Source of the DNA: Botryllus schlosseri
Taxonomy: Eukaryota
Length of the DNA: 64,000 nt
Direction: 5' to 3'
NCBI GenBank assembly: GCA_051294905.1
Contig: CM119378.1
Span: 8,122,001 to 8,186,000 of the forward strand
Shown here: in pieces, positions 39,201 to 48,849 of the stretch
Layout: each line of letters opens with the position of its first letter
Position numbering within the stretch: the stretch's first letter is position 1
Notes under the pieces: generated by a model
Database searches by the model: none
Seen by the model: the letters and a program-made list of their open reading frames with translations, nothing else
Told to the model about the DNA's origin: nothing
Position numbers and translations under genes: made by a program

Positions 39201-41057
39201 TCAAAAAGTAGATCCGGTCGGAGTGTCACATATTTTTAGCAGTTAATCGAAAGTAGCTACTTTTGAACTCGAAAGATGCATCTTCGAGGCTAATGCAAAA
39301 TAACTGATGACACTACAAATAAGTGCAAATTATGAAAACATATTCTAGCACCATCCCAGTCAACAAAAGTGTGTACATTCAAGGCCGAAACAGGCGAAGA
39401 AAGTGCAGGAGAGAAGTGAACGCAACCGTCTTGACACTACAGTGAGGCGGCACCTTTGATGTGCAAAAACTGATCGCCCTCGAATTCAGAAGATCGATCG
39501 TTCTCATTTCCATCGGTCGGCCAGCGAGATTGGTGTCAGCGTAATTAACCAATCAAATTACGCTTGATTATCACGCTGCTTCAACGTGACGTTTCTTCTG
39601 CCTGGCTTTTCCAGGTTCGTGAGCACTGGAGCGTGGAGTGATTGTGATGTAATAAGTCATCGGATGTTGTTTACCGTTGCACACTGAAATTTGAATTATC
39701 GTCCGTACCGGCGAATTGTATTTCCGAGACTGTAGCGATGGAGTGGAATATGAATGAAGTTTTTTGTTGAGATCAGTGGAGCAAGAGATAGTTCGGGTTA
39801 TTTTTGAGATTTGAGAATAGCAGATCAGTCATCAGTCCAGTTTGTAATTTTGTACGACCATTTCACTTCCCAAACTAATTCGCGTTGTCCGCGGCGGCTT
39901 GACGGACAAAAAGCGGTCGGCGAATGCAGAAAGGTTGAGAACCACTAATCGGCAGTCTACATACGTTGGTATCAATGCAAAGTACCTCGCATTCATGGTC
40001 CTCTCTACATCACCAAGTCCTGCCAGGCCTTCGAAAGGCGTGGCCGGAGTACTTTCGATCATGAACGTCGAATACTCAAGTGTCCAGTTTCCCACGAGCT
40101 CTCTGCAATGAAATACAATAAAAAAAATAATGTGCTCTGTTGTACAGCCTGAATATATTTTTATGTTTAGGTCTACTTCTCGTTCTTGCATGTTCGATTC
40201 AGTTTTTCACAGAGTCGGTTTCCTGTCAGCAGTAAGCGCGCGGCGCGCTTAACATTGTCGAATTCGATCAACATGTATTCCATCTAAATGACGGTTTATG
40301 GTCAAATGTCAAATCAAATCCGGCCTACAGTGAGTGGCAATGCATAGTGATGACAACCTGGCATCAAATTTAAACCGAGGCTTATCACTATGGTGACAGG
40401 CAAAATCGAATCTGGATCCAATATCCACGACCTAATCGAATCAAATCACATTTTTCCAGTATACTGAAATGAATGCGAATATTACTTCAAAATACCGGTG
40501 GCTTGAATAACCGCGTGAAGTGTGCGCTTAGTTCTATGCTTGATTGCTAGCCAGCGCCATCCCTCAATATAGGGATCTATAATTTGACGACCGCAAGAAT
40601 GATTTGAACCGATTTCGAATCAGTGACTCGTTTCGCCCATTTCTACTTATTGCCTTCTTTACGACATTCATTCCGGTGATTTTCATTACGGAATGCATGT
40701 AACAGGCGTATGTCTTGGCAATTATTAATTTTCTACTTATTCCTGTTACAGTTGAAGTATTTAATATTCAGTTACCTTCACTTATATGACAGCAATTCCT
40801 CGATGCTACAATACGAAGATACATGCAATACACAACTTATCTTATCTTTGTTAATAAATCACTCTATACTGTATGCAATGTAAAATATGAATATATTTCC
40901 CTGCCTCATCCCCGTATTTCAGGTCATCCGGTGGTCTCAACTTCATCCTGTTGTATATCTCCAAGAACTGTTCAAGTGCACGCTTCTTGATAAATTTACC
41001 GTATCTCCGCGTTTCGTCCCATGTCATTAAATTCTTCATTGCCGTCTGCAGACCCAT
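27230..41057 (-). CDS. GCLC: Glutamate-cysteine ligase catalytic subunit-like (divergent), 14 exons, 599 aa
   Basis: Exons 41057-40905, 40283-40177, 40102-39986, 38787-38722, 37730-37620, 37554-37496, 35573-35368, 35250-35120, 35054-34933, 34449-34337, 29452-29255, 28408-28277, 28206-28083, 27390-27230; total 1800 nt, all phases compatible. Motifs GDE/MEY, EY..MIESTP, SFPRLGC, DHVYMD, TRW...DDRT, RFK.PPP, WRLELR, QLTDFENAA. Orthology versus paralogy unresolved. Confidence 0.92.
28445..28560. repeat. (GGGAATATAT)n minisatellite abutting a MITE terminus
   Basis: Directly visible degenerate tandem of GGGAATATAT in GCLC intron 11. Confidence 0.8.
28555..28797. mobile_element. Short MITE with about 35-bp TIRs in a TA-rich target (Tc1/mariner-like)
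   Basis: TATATATTAGGGGTCTTCAAAAATGACTTTTTTTCT ... AGAAAAAAAGTCATTTTTGAAGACCCCTAATATATA. Confidence 0.75.
30469..32475. mobile_element. hAT-type element with (GGAGTC)n subterminal arrays, itself holding another hAT-like element (about 30730-31577)
   Basis: TIR CAGGGCTGTGGAGTCGG / CCGACTCCACAGCCCTG; TSD GTACTTAC (30461-30468) versus G-ACTTAC after 32475. Confidence 0.85.
33506..33766 (+). mobile_element. tRNA-derived SINE with (CAAA)n tail, full-length copy
   Basis: A box TAGCGCAGTG, B box GGTTCGAGTCC; 15-bp TSD GACAGTCCATGCGAA at 33491-33505 and 33767-33781. Confidence 0.88.
35777..36276. mobile_element. hAT-type MITE (TAGGGCTGGGCA family), older copy
   Basis: Collinear with 45769-46282; degraded TIRs. 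Further copies at about 55976-56560 (inverted) and 57277-58235. Confidence 0.75.
36865..37125 (-). mobile_element. tRNA-derived SINE, full-length copy
   Basis: Reverse complement of the 33506 family; 11-bp TSD AGTTTTGCGAG at 36854-36864 and 37126-37136. Confidence 0.88.
38150..38530. mobile_element. Decayed Penelope-like fold-back copy in GCLC intron 4
   Basis: Inverted and direct remnants of the same terminal repeat (TTTTCGGCTGACCACTCGTCAGGGG; ATTACCCCTGACGAATGTCAG; GAGTTCTGTACC). Confidence 0.65.
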
Positions 41058-42968
41058 ACCACCCGTTAAGTCATACAGATCTGCAAACAACAAGGCATTG
41101 GAAGGTATAGAAAATGCTAAAACACCTCGTATAGAATATTTAATGCAAAATGGATATTGCTTCCGCGATTATTGGCATTCCGAAACGTTGAACAAACACG
41201 CAGTCTTGTAACCACATATGGTGGTGGTTGCTCAGGTTGCTACACTTGGTCTTAGCAATAAAGGCTGAGAACCGTGGTCACTGGTCAGTACCAGGAATCG
41301 CAAAGCCGCGTTGAAACTGTTGCAGCAAATCTTCTCATCTTTAATGGTTCATAACTGAAGAATTTGGTGGTATTTCACTGATCCATCCTCCGCATATATA
41401 AGGTCAATATAATAGATAATAAAAGAATCAGCTGATTCACAATTTTTGCAGCAATACTTTTATGACCCTTTGTGTGGCAATCAAAAAAGGGGGAGAGCGA
41501 AAAAGAATATTCGCCTTGCTGGACCTCTTGCACGAAACTTGCGAATTGATTAGTAATTATACTGTATTTTCCTACTACTTTTCCCTAAATATTCACAAAC
41601 ACAGCGCTGGCTATTTCGAGCAAACTTTTGTAACAAAGCTGGTAAAATGTTTGAGATTGTCAAGGTGTATGCTCGTTTAGTGTTGATTTTTTATGCTGCC
41701 AGCGCCGTGCATATAGTGGCTCTCACTTGCAATGCAATACATTTCAACCAAAGATGTTATAATGACGTGAAAATTGTACTATAAGATCAAGGTTCACAGT
41801 GGAGAACCTACCGAGGTTCGTTTGTGAACATGAACCTCTAAATTTATGAGGTTCACACACAGAACGGGAACGTGAACCTCACGTTCAAACCATCCCTAAC
41901 TATCCCTACCCAATAATCAAGATATTTGGCAACATGAAATCGCGCAAGGCGTGAAATTTTTTTTGTAAAGGTTGCATAAATTTTCAAAAAATACTCTATA
42001 ATTTATGCTAATTCACGAAATAATTTTGGGCCTCCTTCGAGCTCGCCCCCCTCAATTGGCGAGTTTGGCGTGCGGCAGTTGCGTTCCTGGTTTCAAGTAG
42101 TGAAACTGAATAATAAGGGCTAAAAGTACACACATATAATAAATTTGACTATCCAAGCGTATTCCAAAATGATTGATTTTAATAAATTTGAATTGACACA
42201 TGAACTTGATTTCACGAACACAAACTTGTCAATTTGTTTCAAAGTTTATTTAGCGCTTTTAATAATGGCATGCAATAGGGAGATGGCGGAGATGAGCATA
42301 GATAAATCAGCGTAGGGATTTTAGAGGCGACCTCAGTCGGACTCGAACCCTTAACCCATTGGTGTTGCCAGGACCATAACTGTCGCACCCTAACCCCCCC
42401 AATTGGGATGGCCGAGCTCGACGGGGGCTCAATATTATTTCGTGAATTAACATAAATTATGAAGTATATCTTTGGAAATTTCTGCAACTGTTGACAGATA
42501 TCTTGGTTATTGGGTACCCTTCCCCCAACAAAAATTACGCATAATTTATAGAAATGGGGTCTAAGGCGTCGGCCATTACCGCACCACGACGCACCAAGAC
42601 ATATGAAGTTATAGGCCATGTAACATGCGACTCCGAGAAGTGCGCCAGAACGATCAGCAGCGAAAAGACCTTGGCCGACAAGGACTGCCATTGTGCTGAC
42701 CGAAAACTTCCGATATATACAATATATATATGTTTAAATGTCCATGAGCGCCTAAATGGCAGGCGCCGAATGTGCCTGTCCTGGCGATCTGAACTCCACT
42801 AGACAAATGCCATTCCGCAGAGAAAAATTATTAGCCACGTAAAGAAACATCAATTTGAAATCGTGTGCGTCTTTTAGTTTAGTAAGTTTGGGCGATTTCA
42901 ATATCTTTTGACATAGCAGATAGGAGGTCACGAAATAGCATCATTTAGAGAAATCATTATACCAACTA

Positions 42969-43975
42969 AGTTTGAATGCAGATAAGACCGAGATGCTCGT
43001 TTTAAATAATGCCAGTCATAATTTCACTGTGAACATCAATCATAAACAAATCTCAATATGTGACTCAGCAAAATATCTTGGCGTCACCATTGATTCCAAA
43101 TTGTCCTGGAAGCAGCATATTGAATGCACATTGCACAATATCAAAACTAGCTCGGTGTGTGGGAATAATGACCCGTCTCCAATCTTTGGTTTCCAGATCA
43201 GTGCTACGAACCATCTACTTCTCTCTTTTCCACTCTCATCTGCAATATGGAATCGTAGTATGGGGAAATGCATGCACAACATTTTTGTGCAGAATTCGAA
43301 CCCTGCAAAACCGTGCGATACGGCTGATCTCATCTGTACCTTTACGTACCAATTTATCGCCTTACTACCGTAAGCATCGAATTTTGCGAGTTGATGAACT
43401 ATATCGCTTCGAAGTATCAAAAGTTGTTCACAAATATTTTTCCAATAGTCTGCCTCCTGTGTTTGATGACTTTTTCATACCTGCTAAACATGTCCATTCC
43501 CATTACACGAGATCCTCGTCTAAAGGAAACATCTACTTACCCCCACCCAATAGCAACCTAACTAAGAGATCTATCGACTACTCGGGACCTATCATCTGGA
43601 ATGCATTACCACCACATATCCGTGAATTGCCTTATAATAGATTCAAAAAAGCCCTACTTGATCACCTCTTGTCGTTACACTAACACTGTTGCCCTACCTC
43701 GCCCAGACATTGCTTCATTGATCATTTGCCACCATTGTTTAATTTTTTTATTTATTTTCCTTTAACTAAACATTTCTTTACAGCCAGACTGTTCAGAGTC
43801 AAGTGTACCTGTTTGATGCTGGTGTGATCAGACTAGATGACCTTCACGGTCTTATCGATCATTCCTATCTAATACCGAATACTGTGCATGCATATTTTCT
43901 CTACCACCATCACTGCCGTTTGTTATGTATTTTGGTTCGATGAAAAAAATAAAGACTCTCTCTCTCTCTCTCTCC
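42969..43975 (+). mobile_element. 5'-truncated CR1/L2-type LINE with the RT C-terminus (one frameshift), 3' UTR, AATAAA and (CT)n tail
   Basis: LNADKTE, KYLGVTIDSKLSWKQHI, then a frameshift to IYFSLFHSHLQYGIVVWG...LQNRAIRLI; stop at 43683; AATAAAGAC(TC)n near 43950. Confidence 0.88.
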
Positions 43976-45300
43976 AACGGGTCCGCCCGAAGATGTTTAA
44001 TTATTATTTAGGGGCCCTAGATTTTCCAAGACACCTGACTCATATCTAATAGGCCTACCGGTAAATCTGATTACCTGAACAGAGAGAGGATAAAAAATTG
44101 ATAGCAATATATGCAATTCCCGATCACACTGACCGATTCAATCATGAATTATAGAAGTTTTTCGCGTTTCGCCCGTTTATGTGAAATCATCTCACTCACT
44201 AAACAGTACACTCAATATAGCGGAAAAAAGCGTATAGCCTGAGAGGGGCCTGGGCCCCCAGAAGTTCGGTTTATCACCCTATGGGAGGGTGGGGCAAGAC
44301 CAATTTTTTTCTGGAGGGGGGAGGGCTGACGAAGTGCTGTTATGGTCCTGGGTGCTGCAAAACTGTCGATCACGCCGATATACGCTATCTCGCCATTAGT
44401 CATTTGGTTAAAACGCCATAACTGTCTCTAGGGGCGAGGCAGAGACGAGCGAAGTCTCCCATGTGAACATAAAGAAAGCTGATACCTGATACGGCATGGG
44501 CATGTGCTTGTCGTCTGTATATTTTCGGAATCCAGATTAATTTATACACTTCTTGGACTTTTATTGAGCCTGGCAAATGTTTTTAACCATTCACGTATAA
44601 TGACACAATTGGTTTTAATCATGGAACATGAACAGCGAATCAACAGACAACACAGACTAATAAGGTGCAAACACAAAGTCATCTACAACATCGAGTAGGC
44701 TCATTCGTACGAGAGTCGTGGGTTTCTTGCTGATATTTATAGGTAGGGTTACCATACGTTCTTCTTTTTGAGGAAATTGAAAATGTCCTCCGAGGACCCC
44801 TAAATGTCCTGCTTTTTGGCAATTCTTCCTCCTTTGCAACTTTTACAGCTAGGTTAAAGGACAGCGTCTCGGCATAAATGCCGTGAAATAGGTAACACGA
44901 ACGTATATATATCAAAATCAGCGAAGCTTTTATAATTTTGAAAAAGTGGCCTCCTTTCTCGATTCCAAAATATGTTAACTCAAAAATTTATCCAGCGGGT
45001 ATCAATCGAATGCGAATGTCATGCCGAGTCCGAATATTCTTATATTTATTACGCCGGTGCACCAGGTCCCCCTCAAACGTGAAAATAAGCTTGGCTACGT
45101 AAAACGCCAGCGAAGTGGAACAATAACAGATGAGGCACAGATGCATCTGCCGCGCCGACTGTTGGGCTAACAATAACAACCCGACAATCGTGCTAAATCG
45201 GCGGCTATCGAATTCGCGAACTGACGTAGTAGTATGAACTGTGAACTTGATACAGCCAACGTGTATTAGCCTCTCTTACTGATGTAACTGATTTATTTGT

Positions 45301-45718
45301 AATTGAATAGTATATTCATATTGAAATGAACCCGAATATTTTCGGCTGACACTCGTCAGGGGTAATCGTCAGCAACTCGTAGAGAATTCGAAAGAACAGC
45401 GTATATCAACAATCGTAACACAAAATATGACGTCACCAGCACGAAATGTCGAATACGAGAGCGTTCAATGTACTATTTTTAGATGATACACGAAAGCTGT
45501 TGCATCTAAAAATAGTACATTGAACGCTCTCGTATTCGACATTTCGTGCTGGTGACGTCATATTTTGTGTTACGATTGTTGATATACACTGTTCTTTCGA
45601 ATTCTCTACTAGTTGCTGACGATTACCCCTGACGAGTGTCAGCCGAAAATATTCGGGTTCATTTCAATATGAATATACTATTCAATTGTATATTGAAGTT
45701 CTGTACCTCAAAGAAGCT
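45301..45718. mobile_element. Penelope-like fold-back insertion with 185-bp inverted arms, a 17-nt loop and an unpaired 3' tail of about 30 nt
   Basis: Arms 45301-45485 and 45503-45687; 11-bp direct repeat CTGATTTATTT at 45288-45298 and 45717-45727. Confidence 0.85.
45625..45658 (+). ncRNA. Minimal type I hammerhead ribozyme motif (mirror copy on - at 45330-45363)
   Basis: ACCC-CTGACGA-G(TGTCAGC)C-GAAA-ATAT-T-C-GGGT: stem I ACCC/GGGT, catalytic boxes CUGACGA and GAAA, palindromic helix III (AAUAUU), UUC cleavage triplet. Confidence 0.72.
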
Positions 45719-45768
45719 GATTTATTTCTGTACTTAACTCCTATGCTGGTGAGGTCATATTTCGAGAT

Positions 45769-46282
45769 TAGGGCTGGGCAAAATCGAGTACCTGAGTGAT
45801 TCGATTCTGAATCACGTATTACGCTTCGAGTCGAGTCGAGTTTCGAGTATCACTCATTATGACGTCACAAAAGAATATACTGTTTCGAAGTTCAAATATG
45901 TACCTTTTATTTCACCACAAAGAATATAATGCCTGTTATCTGTCACATTTAAGATACTTTGGTATTTTTTCAACCATATTGATTTCATTGCACTTCTTGA
46001 CAATGTTGTCGGATGATCATGACTTCGGAAATGTGATATTTCCTGTAACGTTCGTAGCTTTGTACTATGTCTCGCATGCTGCGACACGGCCAATCTATTT
46101 TTCAAGGCTTTCTCAGTGGAAAATAGCATCAAAACCATAGTTCTCGTTAGTAAATTAACTTTCTGTTGCGAGGAGCGTATAATTTCATTACTCGAAAAAA
46201 TCGTCTTCTACTACTCGACTCGAATCATTAAAATTAATACTCGATTCAGATTCGAGTACTCGAATCATTGTGCCCAGCCCTA
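45769..46282. mobile_element. hAT-type MITE (TAGGGCTGGGCA family) splitting a second Penelope terminal repeat (about 45741-46410)
   Basis: TIR TAGGGCTGGGCA / TGCCCAGCCCTA; TSD TTCGAGAT at 45761-45768 and 46283-46290. Confidence 0.92.
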
Positions 46283-46611
46283 TTCGAGATACGATTGTTG
46301 ATATACAATGTTCTTTCCAATTCTCTACTAGTTGCTGACGATTATCCCTGACGAGTGTCAGCCGGAAATATTCGGGTTCATTTCAATATGAATATACTAT
46401 TCAATTGTACATAGTGGGTGAGTATTGAGTAAGCTTAATACCTTCTTACGCAGTAGGCCAATGCGCGTGAAGAGTGTAAGATAATAAACGAATCGCCAAC
46501 TGAATGCGCTGACATTTTAGGTTTTATAAATGTGCGAAAAAACAAGGAGTTTGTCTGAACTAGCATCGTGAAAGTTTGCACTCTGTCCTACTACAAAATT
46601 TTGACTTTATG

Positions 46612-47875
46612 CAGAGGTGGTCAAAGTAGTCAAGAAAGCTACTCAAGCAGAAGTAGAAGTAGCGACGCAAAAATCTACTCAAGTACGAGTAGAAGTACTT
46701 TTTACATGAGCAACCTAAAACTACTTGAAGTAGAAGTAGAATTGACTGACTTAAAACCTACTCAAGTAAGTAAGTAGTTTTGAAAACGGTCATAATACGT
46801 TCGCATAGACTCTCAAAAGCTGCAAATTGAGATATGCGGAAGGTGCAGAGAGCTTCATGTCCAACGCATATTGATGCATCCCAGAAGGTATAAATTCCCG
46901 ACAGCATGAACATTCGACCGAATCATGAGATGCAAAGATAGTTTTGCTATGGAAATGAGATAGTAATCTTTTGTTTACTCGAACATCCCGTTTTAGAAAA
47001 TGTCATGGCATGTTCCCTCACGCATATTACGGCCTTTAGTTAGTCGAAGAGCGATACGGAGAAGTTGTATGGATACGATGTTAACACTTTGCGCGATTCT
47101 TATACGATGATAAGAAAATAGGGCATAACGTAAAAATGCCATAGTGTAATTGTATTTTAGGAAAATATACGGCGATGCTACACTTGCTTTTAAACTTAAA
47201 CATGTATGTTCGTCAGACAAAAGAACTGAAACCAATTAGAACTCTAAATGATACTATGAATTGAACGATAACTACAAATACTACATCAGAAAAGCGGAAA
47301 ATGTATTTTATGTCTTTTGTCGAGACAGTATTAACGGTGGTCTGCTAAAACACATTTAACGCTCAAAAAGTCAGAGCCCACATTTCCAGAATTGGACACG
47401 CCATGGGCTGCTAGAATACGATATGATGGGTAAATGCTAGATTTCGAAACGGTAGTTTCAAGCGTTATGATGGGCCATATTTACTGTAATGAAATATGTC
47501 ATATGAGCGAAAATGCGGTGCAACGTGCAACCTAAATAATATTCACTTTCGTGAAAACGTATTTGTAACTCTATATATGCTTAATGTGAAGCGCGACGGA
47601 AATTCTGGGTTTGACTTAAAGTTCCTTAAAATTAAAAGTTAGAACTCCCTGAAAACAGCCCGACAATTCCCCAGTTTCTCTTTCTAATTGGGGGATTGAA
47701 CTACTTCTACTTGACAAACTGAAAATAGCGAAAAGTAAGTAAGTAGATCACTATATATTACGAAGTAGAAGTAGAAGTAGCGAAGATCCTATCTACTTGA
47801 GTAAGTACCAAAAGTAGAGGAAAACTACTTGAGTACTTCGAAAAAGTAGAAGTACTTCGTTACTGATCACCTCTG
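46612..47875. mobile_element. MITE (TIR CAGAGGTG(G/A)TCA), uninterrupted copy
   Basis: CAGAGGTGGTCAAAGTA ... TACTGATCACCTCTG; matches the 30394-33963 copy in reverse. Confidence 0.8.
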
Positions 47876-48849
47876 ATTAAAGGTATATTGCTGCGTCCCC
47901 TTGCAACTATTCGGTTTAGTGTTATTGCAACACAATGGTTTAATTGCGACACAAGATAGCGCGCAATAAAATAAAGCAAAGGCGAAGGTTGTCAACCACA
48001 ACTACGTCGGTTTTCAGTAGTAAATTGAAACGGTGGTGATTTATGGTTAGCCTACCCCACGAAAAGTTTAAGCGACCCCACCAGGGATCGTGATCTGCAG
48101 AGTGCCAACCATTATCCCAAGTAACTTGAAGGTACCGTATTTGCTGAATAAAATACTATTACATTGGATTGATTCTTGAGCAAATATCAGCGGGCAATAT
48201 TTGACATAAGTGTTAGAATTTCGAACGGGATTTCCCCAATCCCCTGTTTGGCCTCACAGAGACTTGTCTTAGCTACCACAAGAATAATGATTCTGACCGT
48301 TATGAAAAATTAATAAAAAGCTGCAGCAATGTTTATGAATAAGATACGAATTATGTACGAAATTGAAAATATATCAGAGAGCCATATCATATCAACAAAA
48401 GAGTCATGTATGGCTTGCGAGCTATCGGTTCCCGAACCTTGGTGTGGACTAATTCGCATATACGGATTGATTTGTCGCTTTGTCGCTGCGTCGGTCTGAA
48501 TTGTATTCATTCAATTATTCAAAATAGGTAAGTACGAGCATCTCTTAGCCCCTCGGATCCGGCATTACTTCTGAGAGAAAAGTATGGTCTTATTTAAGAA
48601 AAAACAGGACGTATAATAATTCATAAATTTATAATAATAATTACATCCATCTCTAGAGAGCTGTTTTAATTATTCATCCTCCCTACCGAAATCCGTGTTC
48701 AAACCTTCGATACCCTGGGAAATATACAGTTATGTTTACCGGGCGAAACCTAGATAAGAGTTCTCATGGACACGTGTAAGAGGAAGAATATCGCTCTCAC
48801 CGTAATGAGCTTCATGACTGACTCGCTGATTTTTCCATACGCTGTGAAA

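Noticed and set aside
45301-45687. Mutator or Foldback DNA transposon with long TIRs
   Set aside because: Arm lengths differ between copies, one end always carries an unpaired tail, TSD length varies from 11 to 14 bp, and a GIY-YIG remnant is attached; all of this favours a Penelope-like element.
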